From Flaccisagitta enflata (lineage: Eukaryota): a stretch of 64,000 nt of DNA. Shown here in pieces: positions 39,266-52,045 of the stretch. A model generated the notes under the pieces. It saw only the letters and a list, made by a program, of their open reading frames with translations. It had not been told where the DNA came from and ran no database searches. Both the position numbers and the translations under genes were made by a program. The stretch's first letter is position 1; every line of letters begins with the position of its first letter. The stretch covers positions 1,550,001 through 1,614,000 of the forward strand of contig OZ231126.1 in the NCBI GenBank assembly GCA_965153355.1, in the 5' to 3' direction.

Positions 39266-39516
39266 AACAAGGCCGGATACACGGCTACCCCAGTCGCGTG
39301 CGGGTGGGCAGGGGCTGTAATTGAGGTCACCAGATCATTTGGGCAGGAGCAGTGAAGCCAAAAACCGCAAAAAAACAAAAAAAGTAGAGTGTGACGGACG
39401 GACCGACGGACGGACCGACGGATGGACTGACGGACGGACTGATGGACGGACCGACGGACAGACCGACGGACGGACCGACAAAGCGGGGTGTAGAGTCGCG
39501 TAGCACGCGACTAAAA
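39266..39516 (-). mobile_element. Family B element, well preserved
   Basis: aacaaggccggatacacggc..agtcgcgtg ... (gacg/gacc)n ... agtcgcgtagcacgcgactaaaa. Others at about 40530-40700, 40720-40885 and 52080-52278. Confidence 0.85.
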
Positions 39517-40204
39517 ACGCCTTTTATCGTGTAATGCAGTTGGTGGAGTAAGTCTCGCAGAAAGAAAAATGTGTGAGTTGACAATAGCTGAGGAATTGAA
39601 GGGGATGTCAAGTATCATCAATAAGAAGAGCGTTTCAATCCCGTATTTGGTGTCCTTTCATTAGTCAGCATATTTACGTTCATTAGGAGAGAGCCGTTTA
39701 CTTTTTTGGGCATTTTTCGCATCATGTTGATGAAGTGAACACGAATTGGTGATATACATTGCTTGATTTGATTATATCTCCATTTCCTAGCCTTGAGGCC
39801 TCTCGGCTGTGATCTGGGCCTCTCGGCTGGGATTTAGATCTCAAGGCTGAGATTTGGGCTGGGACCTTGACCTCCAGGCTAGGATCTTGGCCTCGAGGCT
39901 AGGATTTGGGCCTTGAGGCTAGGATTTTGGCCTCGAGGCTGGGATTTTGGCCTTAAGGCAAGGATTTGGGCCTCCAGGCTGGGATTGGGGCCTCAACACT
40001 GGGATTTGAGGGGGGGGTGGATGGAGGAGAAGGAGAAGGAAATATTTCCCCTATGTGTGAAAGCATAGGTCATCGACCCCTTCAGAGCTGCTGCCCAAAA
40101 AGTTTGTTTTAGAAATGGACTGGTTTTGGTAAGAAAAGACTATTTAGCGAAGTATTCAACCAAGGGTTGAAGGCACACTCTTTAAAGAAATAGAAACAAC
40201 AACG

Positions 40205-40243
<39 letters not shown>

Positions 40244-41296
40244 GCAACAACAACAACAACAACAGCAACAACTAACAGCAACAACAGCATTAACAACAAC
40301 GGCGCAACAGCGACAACAACAACGAAACAACAACAGCAACAACAACAGCAACAGAAACAACAAACAACAATAACAACGGCGATAATAATGATGATAACAA
40401 GGAAGACAGTCATCTAAAGAATAGCATACAGCAGTACAAGCACAAAAGACTCCTGTTATCAAAGATAATCTCTGCATAGCCAATAATTGTTCATGTTTCA
40501 AGATTTGAAAGTCGTGATTTTTTCTCTTTTTAGACGTGTGTTACGCTTTGTCTGTCCGTCCATCTGACTGTCAGTCTGTCAGTCTGTCAGTTGGTCAGTC
40601 ACACTTTTACTATCTTATGTTATTTATTCTTTGACCTCACTACTCCTGCCCAAATGGTCTACTGACCTCAAACACAGCCCCCGCCCACCCACACGCTAGG
40701 TTTTGTATTCATAAGTTGAAACAAGACCGGATACACGGCCAATACCAGTCGCGGACGGGTGGGCAGGAGCGGAAATACAAGTTTTCGCACTTTCAAACTC
40801 GATCACCTCTACGGACAGACCGACGGACCGACGGACCGACGGACGGACAAAGCCACTTATAGAGTCGCTAGTCCACGTCTAAAAAGATAGAATTCCTGAA
40901 CTATTTTTCATCCTTCAATGTCAGTTCAGTTCACAAGTCACGACTTGGTGGTGGTGGTGGGGAAAAAACGAAAACAGACTTTTTTTCGTTTTGATACTGA
41001 CATTTTCCCTACACAATGACGTTCTGCGTTCTAACCATGCACCTCTCAATTTTACGATGATAACGACACAATGTCCAAAGTAAAGATCTTTCTTTTGTGT
41101 TCCAAACTGTAACAAATATGTCGCTTTAATTTGATGTAAAAGGGGATGCACGCACACGAAAGGACACGATTCTTGATTGGCAATTTCAAGTCATGAAAAT
41201 AATGATAATGAAGGGCATGAACAAGAACGAGTGAGGAAGGAAGAAGAAGGCGAAGACAAAGATAAAAACGAAGAAGAAAAAGAAGAAGAAGAAGTA

Positions 41297-41331
<35 letters not shown>

Positions 41332-41644
41332 AGAAGAAGAAGAAGAAGAAGAAGAAGAAGAAGAAGAAGAAGAAGAAGAAAAAGAACAAGTGACGCGGGG
41401 TCACAATATCGTTGCGGACGGGCGGGCAGGGGCATCCAACCCCCATCCACACCCATACCACAGTGGGTTCATATAAAGTATAACGACCAACTTTGCTGTG
41501 TCAATTCATGTTCTTTTTTTCATTCTAGTAGGTTTATATAATTGTAAAATGCGTGTTTCAGGGCTCCGTTGAGCTTCATTAGGATATTTTGATGCTTCAA
41601 ACAGAAACAGATGACCAAAGACAAGGGCTATTTTTTTGCTAACA

Positions 41645-42570
41645 ATCATCGATATTTTTTAATCTTCAAAAAATCATTGTATCTAAAGTAATGGGTGCAC
41701 AAGATTGGGATTGGAGCCATTTGAAAGATAATTTTAAATAGTTTCTTCACCTAAAATTTCGTAAAATTTGAATCAGAGGCAGAGGAGATATAACAAAAAC
41801 AATTGTCAAAATTCATGGGAAACAAACATGAAATTTCTTAAAGGTCATCATATCAACTCAGTGTACACAAATGTACATGAGGTATGAGCCAAAAGCCTTT
41901 CATGGTTGTCAAGTATGACTAATTTGGGTCCTATAGCCTTATGGCGAAGTTAGGCGACCTATGAATAAGTGTGTTTCTAAAAAAAAATGTGACAGACCCC
42001 CAAATAGACTGAAAATTAACCATCTGGATTTTTTTAATCTTTAAAAAATCATTGCGCCTAAAGTATTAGGTGCACAAGATTGGGATTGAAGCTTTTTGAA
42101 AGATAATTTTAAGTACTTTCTTCACCTAAAATTTTGTAAAATTCAATGCAGAGGCTGAGGAGATATAACAAAAAAAATTGTCAAAATTCATGGGAAATAA
42201 ACATGAAATTTCTTAAAGGTCATCATATTAACTCAGTGTACACAAATGTACATGAGGTATGAGCCAAACGCCTTTCATGGTTGTTAAGTATGACTAATTT
42301 GGGTCCTATAGCCTTATGACGAAGTTAGGCGACCTATGAATAAGTGTGTTTCTAAAAAAAAATGTGACAGACCCCCAAATAGACTGAAAATTAAACATCT
42401 GGATATTTTTAATCTTTAAAAAATCATTGCGCCTAAAGTATTAGATGCACAAGATTGGGATTAGAGCCGTTTGAAAGATACTTTTAAGTTGTTTCTTCAC
42501 CTAAAATTTCGTAAAATTCAAAGCAGAGGCTGAGGAGATATTAAAAAAACAATTGTCAAAATTCAATGGA
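41645..42570. repeat. ~375-bp tandem repeat, about 2.5 copies
   Basis: ttttaatct..aaaaatcattg..ctaaagta at about 41657, 42031 and 42407. Confidence 0.9.
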
Positions 42571-42944
42571 AATAAACAAGGCCAACACCTATAAGTCGCG
42601 TGCGAGACTTACAGACAAAGAGTGACTTAAACCCTCGCATTTTTCTACCGATTTGGTTGAAATTTGGTATGCAGCCCCTAAATGGAAGAACCCAATATAT
42701 GTATTTGAATAGTATAGATTTAAGAATGCTAACTGCCAAAACCAGCCTACCACCCAACCCACTTCTCCATCAGCCGCAAAGTGAAAATGTATAACTTTGG
42801 CATTTTTCAAACTGGACATTTATAAAACTTGGTAGTTCTAAATGAAGGATCAACATATGTATTTGATTTGTAGAGATTATAGCATGCTAACGGGCCAGAC
42901 TGGCTAAACTGCCGCTTGATATCGCTGTTTGAGGTCACCAGCCG

Positions 42945-43575
42945 ACAACGCCATGTGACAACGCTGCTTGACAACGCCGCTTGGATAACGCTGCTTGACA
43001 ACGCTGGCGACAACGCTATGGATAACGCCGTTGATAACGCTGTTGACAACGCGATAATGCTGCTTATTAACGCTTCGCTTTGATAATCAGTTATGACAAG
43101 GTTGCTTGATAAGGTTATGATAAGGCCAGAGGATAAGGTTGTGAGGATATAAGTTAAGAGGATAAGGCTGTGAGGATAAGGTTAAGGATAAGGTTGTGAG
43201 GATAAGGCCAGAGGATAAGGTTGCATGACAAGGCTATGACAAGTTTTCAGAGGACAGGCTGTGAGGACAAGGGGGTTTTCAGAGGATAAGGCCAGAGGAT
43301 AAGGTGCTCAGAGGATAAGGCTGGACACAGGTTGCCAGAGGATAAGGTTGTGGTGATAAGGTTATGACATGTCGAGTGATGGGGCTGTGATGACAAGGCT
43401 GTGATGACAAGGCCAGATGACAAGGCCGTATGACAAGGCTGTATGACAAGGCAGTAGGACAAGGCTGCAGGACAAGGCGGGATGACAAGGCCGTATGACA
43501 AGGCCGTATGACAAGGCCATATGACAAGGCTGTATGACAACGCCGTACAATAACGCCGCAAGATAACGCCGATTG
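42945..43575. repeat. Short-period tandem arrays (gacaacgc / ggataagg / atgacaaggcc)
   Basis: Direct reading; 12-16-bp units that grade into one another. Confidence 0.85.
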
Positions 43576-43665
43576 ACGCCAGTCGCTGACCCATACTGAC
43601 GACGCTGTTTGGCAAACAACATCAGTTAAAGACAATATTGCATCAACAAAAGAAAGTAACAGCAT

Positions 43666-44100
43666 TTTTTTTTATTAAAGATGAAAATATAAAAGTATAG
43701 AAAGGCACGAATGGGAATCACAGAGGACGAAAGACGAGATAACGATTTAGAGTTCACCATCAACATTTGGCGCAGGGAGCGGAGAGCGCTCAAGCAGCAT
43801 GGAGCCGTTTTCACGTTGTAAAGTCACAGAAAGACGCTCAAAGAAGTGTCTTGCATTGTTCTTTTTGTCGCCACGCAAGTTGTTGGACTGGATGTTGACG
43901 ATTTCTAGGAGATTGGCGGCCGCGTTTTCCTCCCACAGACCAAAGGTGGTGACTGGGAGGGGAACTAAGCCGACGCCAAGAGGAAGTTTATCTTCATACT
44001 TGCGGAATTTGTGTTCACGCACTTTTCGTAAGACGAAGGTGGCATCCGCAGCGGAATGGGAGAGAGAGTCTTGACGAAAAGGAGACGCAACTGTGACGTG
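43666..44100 (-). mobile_element. 5'-truncated CRE-like non-LTR retrotransposon (restriction-like endonuclease end, 3' UTR and A tail)
   Basis: HVTVASP..REHKFRKY..LVPLPVTTFGLW..RLSVTLQRENG resembles the DVTV..E..K..KY..ET.G.W..RLS..LQRGN C-terminus of CRE-clade ORFs; ~70-nt 3' UTR ending taataaaaaaaaa. Confidence 0.8.
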
Positions 44101-45177
44101 ATGAAAAATTGTAAATGTAAGCTTCAGCTGTAATTCAAGGTTTCATGCTTCGCTCTTTCCCTTCCCTTGTCAGCCGTGTTTTTGGCTGTGAACTCGTCCG
44201 TGGTTGTGCTCATCCGCGGTGCAAGAGTCGCTCTTTGGGGTTCCCTTTATCTCGACTCCCACGGCGAAGAAGACCGAGATTTGAAACGCGGACGCCCGCT
44301 GTTTCTCAGGTAACTCTTCAGCAGGTGTTGCCCCTAGACCCAATCAATCGTTCAAGTCACGCAACCAATGTTTACAACTGATGATCAAATGTATTTTGCT
44401 ACTTGCTCGTTGCTCAAATTTTGGCAAGTATTCTGCCATTTCTATTTACGTCTAAGGCACATACTTGAGCCACACACCCACACCCCATTCCTTACTTTTT
44501 ATCATTCCATTTCTAATCTCATATTTACTTAACCTATCCATTTTCCTCACAGCAATGATCGATATCAACTGTTGCAGCGTCAATGGCTCATGCACGCTTT
44601 CGATCACGCCGTTAAGAAGTGGGGGTGGCACAGCGATCGCCTTTGAAACTTGGCTCTATAGACTGGCTTTCCAGATAATGTGTCCCCTCTCTCTAAGTCA
44701 TCGAAGAATCAAGCGCACGTCTGTATTTATTTCTAATAAGATGTAATAACCCGCTACTTGATAACTCGCCTTTTGGTCGTTACCAAAGAGACATTGCTTT
44801 AACATACCGTCGGTCCCTAGTTTGTGGTTAATCGAAACTGAAGTTCGAACTACTTTCCGTGAATTTGTCAAATTCCTCAAACTTTGACGAGCACAATTGG
44901 GTCATCAGACCATCTGCTCGAGCTAGTTACCTTAGCTAGCTCATGAGACTTGCTGTGTCGTTTCAGGACCCAACTTCACAAGAGCAATCACGATGTGAAG
45001 ATCAAAAACATAGTTCACTGCCTCAAGAATTGTGAACCAAATTGTGAAAAAAAGTGATGAGTTTCTGTACAACGTGGGCTTAGTCAATGATTTCAATTTG
45101 TCAAATGCTCAATTATTTATTTAGATTCGTGATGGTCTCCTTGTTCGTTATTTGCATTCAGGTGATCAGCCCATGAT

Positions 45178-47948
45178 ATGACGGACGTTTTACAGCGAGG
45201 AGAAGACAGGAATGAATTTATTATCCTCAATGATAGTGACGATGAATTTCAGGCAGTGGCGTCAGAGCCATCAGGGGTGGTCGGTGTGATGGATGGGGCG
45301 TTGGCCGATGTCAAACCGGATCTCGGTGCTGTCAGGCAGAGCGCCCCTAATCCCAATACCGCCGTAATACAAGAAGCTATCCCAGACGATGCAGCTGCGG
45401 CCTACCTCGCTTCCAGTGCCGCTCTGTGCCAAGTGAGTTTCGCCTCCATGACCGCGCCCAAAAGCCAGAAAGACCCCGTCCTTGCTTCTAATGTCGGGAC
45501 TGGTCAAGCTGACGCCTCGATGGTTTCCGATCATGCTCTCGGCCTAGTTAGCCGCGCCTCGACGTCGAATGTCAGCCTTAGCCAGGCTGAGACCACGTTA
45601 AAATCAATTACCATGATTAGTCGGGATGACGTTGCTCATTCGTCCCCTTCCGGAGGCAATTCCGTTCTTTGCCAAGCTGACCCCGCGCCGTTGTCCACTG
45701 CCATCATTAGCCAAGGTGGGCCGTCTGTTCTGCCTCAAAGCACTTCCGTCATTTGCCAGGCAGGGGCCCCACTTATGTTCAGCGGTCTTGACAGTCAGGG
45801 GTGTGACAAGGCCATAACTACCGATTGTGCCCCCAACGCCATGGCCCGTCAGTCCGATGACACGCGTGTGGAAGGTGCCGTCATCCATCCTTTGGATGTC
45901 TCTGCCAGTCAGGTAGGCGTTCCTCTTCTCTCAGATACCGTTCATAATAAAACCACTGCCGCAGTGTCCCAAGATGCACATCGCTCTATGTCCAAAAACG
46001 TTATTGACGCGTCCAAAGAAGTTTGCTTAAAAGACGCCCGCCTGCCTGAACTTGATGTAATGGGATCAGGAAAGTCGCCGGCCACAACTCAGCGCGGTAT
46101 CAAGAAACGGAAATCTATTCTCATTTATGAGTTCGGAAGTGAGGATCTCTCCGATGACCAATCAGGTGGTCTTACTGACCCTACTGGCATTAAAATAGAA
46201 ATTTCTGATGATCATGAAGCTGACGTTGTGACTCCAGTTGTAGCCGCCTCAAACGCCTCCGCCGTATCATGCGTGGAATCGAGCACCTCGAAAATGGTCG
46301 TTAAGGACAAGATCGCAATTCTCCACACTGCCTCGGAGCCCGTTGTTAAACAAGAGTTCCAAGAATCAGTTGCTGATAACGTCAAGCTCAAAAAGAGAAC
46401 TGGCTGCGTAAATGGGAAAGCCGCGGCTTCCTCTTCGCCTGTCGTTACGTCCATGGTCAATATAAAACAGGAAGAGACGGACATTCCTTCGGGTGTCCGT
46501 GGTGATGCCGCAACTTTGGCTTCAACGCCCAAGAAAAACAAAAAGACCAAAAACAAAAAGACCTACAGACCTCCAGCGCCCGTTCATCAGGAACCAGCCA
46601 AGACAAAACAAAAGACAACTACGGGAGATTCGCCCAAGATCGTTGTAAAACTTGAAGTCGGAAATGACACTTTTGCTGCTTTCCCTTCCGCTACACCCGT
46701 TAACGTATCAACCAACGAGATCAACGGGACCAAACGACCTCTAACTCCAATAGCCAATGGGAAAGATCCATCGGAGGCTCCTCTAACTGCCACATCAAGC
46801 GTCCTGATTAAACAAGAAGTGATAGATGCTTGCCTCGAGACGGCCAATCCGGTCAACCTGGTTAGTTTCAAGGGGAAAAAGTCTTGCAAGCGAAAACGGA
46901 AGCCCGCGACGGCGCCAACTGGTCGAAACGCCGTTGAGAAGAATTCGGCTCGAACGCCTGATAAAGATCTTGCTCCATTTGTAAAGCGAGAGTCGGATGC
47001 TGTCTTTGATGCGACTACAGCCTTGAACGCCCTTTTGTATAACCAGACGTCAGATTTCATCATCAAGGTCGAATTGGACGCGCCTCAGGATCATCCCAGC
47101 GTCAAAATTGACCTTGATTCAGCGGGGGCTGCAGCTTCGTCTTCGTCGTCACGAGAATTGTCGCGACTTCTCTCGACGTATTTATCGAATCCAAGTCGCG
47201 CTGCGTGGGAAGCGTTGCCACCCGATCTGCGGCCTCCCCGTCGTTTACCGAATGGCGAGGAAGTCGATCAGCCCGAGTTGGAGAATGCTCATTTGCTCAG
47301 ACTACTACCGGGAAAGGGGTCAAAAAATCGAGGACCGGATTCGCTCGTTATTCCGCTTGATTCTCAGCTGTACGACCACGACGATGAAGATGATGATGAT
47401 GAGGTAGACAATTATTTCATCGGAGACCGACCGAACCTCGACGACGATGATGAAGAAGACAGTCAGAGCCAAAGCACCGAGGATGAAGAATTTGCTATGC
47501 AAAGCGACTACGATGGAAACTCCTCTTCATTGGACGAGGCCATCGCCAGACGAGTTGGGGAAATAAGCAGGATTCAAGACGACTCAACGGAACCAGCTGA
47601 AGATGATGATGATGACGTTATCCCTGACATGGATAGAGACAGGAAGCCGTCTGATTCCGGGGCTTCCATCGGAAGCGACGGCCGCCGCTCGAATTCCGGC
47701 GAATCCTTGGCCAATCACCGTCGTCGGCACTCGTCCAATTCAAATCGTCGTCATCATCGATCATCATCCAAATCCGACCGCAAACGTGAGCGGAAGAGAA
47801 AAGTGAAATACCGTACCCTCAAACCCCGGATGTATCGTTTGTCCTCGTCCGGCTCGGATGTCGAAGATGAGGTTGAAGTAGGTGGCTCCAGCGATCGCGT
47901 GCGCGCTGCTTCTTCATTTACGCTGGATTGTCGATTTTGCCGTCGCAG
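45178..47948 (+). CDS. Zinc-finger protein, large exon (disordered/acidic N-terminal region up to the first half-finger)
   Basis: ~920-codon non-repetitive ORF; acceptor ttgcattcag at 45161; ends LDCRFCRR with AG|gtttgt (phase 2). The start may lie in an upstream exon. Confidence 0.85.
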
Positions 47949-48409
47949 GTTTGTCATGCTAACGAAAAAATTGACTTTCACGCCCTTGCGAGAATCGTGG
48001 TAAATTCAGTTGTTTAATCATTGATTTACATACACACTTTAAGCCACTAAAGTCGCGAGTATTTCTTAGTACGTAATTTATGAATGAAATTTGCTCATTC
48101 ACCATCAACCGGCCATTATTCATTTCTTTCCCATATCTCTCCCTTATCAATCATCCGCCCTTAGTCATTCAATCATTCTTTCCATATTTAGGGTGCGTCT
48201 GCATTCACCATATTATTTGGATATTTTATCTGGATATCAATATTCGGATATTCTACATAGTGAATTTACAAAATTTACTAAATGAAATATCCGGATATAA
48301 TTATTCAAAAAAATTATCCGAATAAGCTGACTGATGCAGACACACCTTTTCTTGCTCCTGCAGTCCTGCGGACGCAAGATTTTGTGACTTCATTAATTTC
48401 GCCAAACAG

Positions 48410-48659
48410 ATTCGTCAACGCGACTGAATTAAGCCGTCATTTGAAGAATTGCGATCCACGTGGCCTGACGCCGACGCCTAAAGCTGGGCCCAAAACTAGT
48501 AAAACGAAACACCGCTGCCTCAAATGTCAAATCGATTTCGAGTCGTCCGTGGATCTGCAACGCCATCTGCTCGTCGTCCATAAGAGGTCGCTACTGGAGA
48601 AGAATCAGAGATGGGCCAAGAGGAGACTCCTCATCCTCAACATTCCCACGAATCAAGAG
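48410..48659 (+). CDS. Zinc-finger protein, internal exon
   Basis: Acceptor aaacag (phase 2) completes CRFCRRRFVNATELSRHLKNC; contains CLKCQIDFESSVDLQRHLLVVH (C2H2); donor GAG|gtgcgc (phase 0). Confidence 0.85.
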
Positions 48660-49023
48660 GTGCGCATGATGCATAATCAAGGGTCGTGGCTGTCGGTTTG
48701 CTGGTCCGTCAAGATTAATAAGTTAATGACAGTGATATTGCAAAAAGCTTATTGGCTACTGTAATAGTGTAAAGTATAATGACCTAACGCAGCGCAGTCA
48801 TTTCCTTTTGCACTCTTCGCTATCTGTCATTTCCTTTTGCACCCTTCCTTCCCTATCTGTACAGGATCCTATTGTTTCATAGTTGAACGATCTCGTACTA
48901 CCGTGTTTTTTACTAGGCCTCTTCTCTGTTTGCAACCAGACTTGTGTGTTCACTTGCTTCATTCACCACACCGCTGATTCACTCGTGATATTAGTACACC
49001 TTAACATGTTGATATCCAAATAG

Positions 49024-49308
49024 GTGGACGAAAATGGAGACGACGAAGACGAAGCAACGAAGAGGAAGAAACGGAAGAAGAAAAGAATTCGGTATCGATA
49101 CGCTTGCCCGGACTGCAACCACGTGAGTGGCAGTCGGAAATCTCTTTATTGTCATTACAAGTCCGTCCATGGAAGACCCAAGCATCATGCGCATCAGGAG
49201 AAAGCTTGTTTCTGTAACACCACTTACTCGGAGAAAGACAATTTCTATCAACTCATGACCGCCGCATGTTGCAACGTAATTTGCAAAAGCCGAAGCTGTA
49301 ATTTTTGA
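49024..49308 (+). CDS. Zinc-finger protein, last recognisable exon
   Basis: Acceptor aaatag (phase 0); basic NLS-like KRKKRKKKR; YACPDCNHVSGSRKSLYCHYKSVH (C2H2). The 3' end is uncertain (possible donor at about 49276). Confidence 0.75.
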   Translation: MDENGDDEDEATKRKKRKKKRIRYRYACPDCNHVSGSRKSLYCHYKSVHGRPKHHAHQEKACFCNTTYSEKDNFYQLMTAACCNVICKSRSCNF

Positions 49309-51399
49309 CTGCCCAGTGCTTTCATTTCCATTTCCAACGTACCTTTTCCTTTTCGTCTCTTAGCCAAGCCAAGCCAATGGTGACATTGAAACATTTCAGT
49401 ACCTGTTTCTACATTGATGCATGCAGTTTTTTTTCGCATTTTGATACGTTTCTGAAATTTATGCATTTCATTTGATCATTTAGTTCTTAATGTGATAATG
49501 GCACCTTTCATTTTGCATTTTGTTACCACGTGCATTAGCTTTGTTCATTCGTTTATCGTTCATTAAGGTGATAATGACACCTTTCCCTTTCATGCTTTCA
49601 TACTATGGATTTCCTTTGCCAGTCCTAATTTTCGGATACTTTACATGGCGCATTCAAGATTTCGATGCGTGATCCTCATGGATTCTCCTGTTAGAAATTA
49701 TTTTTCCGCCCTTTACTGAATCATTTTTGTTTATCCTTTTGGTCCTGTGGCTGTTAGCATGCATGCTATTTATAGCACTCGTCTCACACGCGTTGTTACT
49801 ATTAGATTTATACTAAGTGATACATCATCTAGATTTATACCAGCAAGGGGTTTTGATCATTTTTGTATTACTTCATTTCTCAGCTTAGTCCAAATCAATC
49901 CGAATCATGTAATTTCAAAGAAGAATTGCTTCGGCGCGGTCCTTAGGATAAATTTTTCCGCGGTATGTTTGCTTGAGCTGGTATGTCCTAGTCTACTATC
50001 TTGGTCAAAATAAGAGTCCTCGCAATTGAATTTAGTTCTTTAACCTTGAATATTGATCAGAAAAACCTGTTTTCTTATTACAGAAGTTTATTTTGGCGTA
50101 TTTTGGCACTAGATATTGCTTGTATCGTGATTTTTAGGTCTCGTATTAGGAGAGTTACCGTTCTGTTGTCTTTTGTTTTTAGTAGTCAATCACTCGAAAG
50201 CGGGTAACAAGTTAGGAATAGGGGTAGGGTTAGGGATAAGGTCAGGGATAGGATCAGGTTAGGGTTAGGGCTAGGTAGAATTTTTTTTCAGGCGGTGTAG
50301 GTGTTTTTTAAGCTACTTACGTCCGAATTTTGCGCTGCACTTTCCTCCCGGCGGTTTCAAGTACCCAAAACCATTCTCTAAGATCGTATTTGAGTATGTG
50401 AACGGAAATTTTCAAAAAAAAATGTGATTTCCATGTCATTTTGGTTCAAAATAATGTTCAATTACTGCTAAAAATCGTGTAGCAAATGTGTAGCACAGAG
50501 AAATACTAATTTTTTTGGCCAGTTTAACATCCAACATACCCTGAAAAATGTGGAATTATCTCTATTGGCTTAATAGAGAAAAATGAAAAAAAAATTAGGG
50601 CAATATCTTTTTTTTTACGCAAGAAAGCTCGCTCAAGAGCTTAAGTATCATTTACAGCGAAATTGCTTTCTCCTATTAATTCTTCGTGGAAGCCCATAAT
50701 TTTTTTTCTGGAGTCTATTCAGAGATTGTAACTTTTTTTTTGTTGCGGTCCGTAGACATATGCCGAAGACGACCGTTGATTTAATCAACACAATCACGAG
50801 ACAAACTCCTTATCCGCTTTTCAAACCAGCCCTATTTCCGACCTTTGAAGCCAGCATGTCCCAATTTGTCCCATGTGTTCTTATCATGTCATATTCTGTC
50901 GTTTAGCAGTTTATGTAGGATTAAGCGTTTCTTCTACCTCCGTTTTCATGTTTTTTGCTCTGCGGAAAAAGAAAAATCAACTGGACTTAATATTGTCGGA
51001 AATGGTCACATGGAAAGATGACCCTATTTCCGACCTTTTAAGGCAATTGGCGGATAATAGGCGAAAGTTGCCAGGGCCAATTTCACTAACTATAAGGTTA
51101 CTCAAAAGTCCATATTTGCAAAGTAATGATGAGGAAACACTATTTTGACGCTTCTGAAACATGTCGTCGTCATTGCCGTCGTCGTTGTCGTCGTCATCGT
51201 CATCGTGATAGTTTGAAAAAAGCATAAGTTTTGAACGCCTTGACTCAGAACCTTGAAATTGAAATTTGGTATGGAGACTTGGGGTAGGGGGGGATAGCTA
51301 GCATATTTCAACGATTTCTGAGACTTTGACCATATATACTGGCCAAACTGGTCAAAATTGATTGAAATGGGAGAAAAGACAGAAGCTCTGGGCTCAAAA

Positions 51400-52045
51400 A
51401 GTCGTTCATTCATTCACTAAGTCCTTGGTTCAACCAGTCGTTCATTTATTCAGTCGTTAATTCATTCATTGCTTCACTCATTCTTTCACTCGTTTGTTCA
51501 TTCATTCATTCGTTTGTTCATTTATTGATTTATTCACTCGTTTATTCATTCATTCACTCGTTTATTCATTCATTCACTCGTTTATTCATTCATTCACTCG
51601 TTTATTCATTCAATCTTTCGTTCATTCATTCACTTTTTTGTTCATTCATTCACTTTTTCGTTCATTCATTCACTTTTTCGTTCATTTGTTCATTCATTCA
51701 CTCGTTCATTCGCTCACTCGTTCATTCATTCACTTGTTCATTTGCTCACTCGTTCCTTCGGTCACTCGTTCATTCGCTCACTAGTTCATTCGCTCACTCG
51801 TTCATTCGCTCACTCGTTCATTCACTCACTCGTTCATTCATTCACTCGTTCATTCATTCACTCGTTCATTCATTCACTCGTTCATTCATTCACTCGTTCA
51901 TTCATTCACTCGTTCATTCATTCACTCGTTCATTCATTCACTCGTTCATTCATTCACTCATTTCACTCCTTCATTCATTCACTCACTCGTTCATTCATTC
52001 AGTCACTTGTTCATTCGTTCATTCATTCATTCGTTCATTCATTCG
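51400..52045. repeat. (TTCA)n-derived array with 16-bp ttcattcattcactcg units
   Basis: Direct reading; complementary (TGAA)n tracts at about 6465-6605, 59180-59540 and 60936-61370. Confidence 0.95.

Noticed and set aside
44560..44900. Possible decayed retroelement coding fragment on the minus strand
   Set aside because: No convincing RT, integrase or endonuclease motif.
50210..50278. Interstitial telomeric repeat
   Set aside because: Only a few degenerate TTAGGG-like units; more likely part of a dispersed repeat (similar at about 62105-62122).
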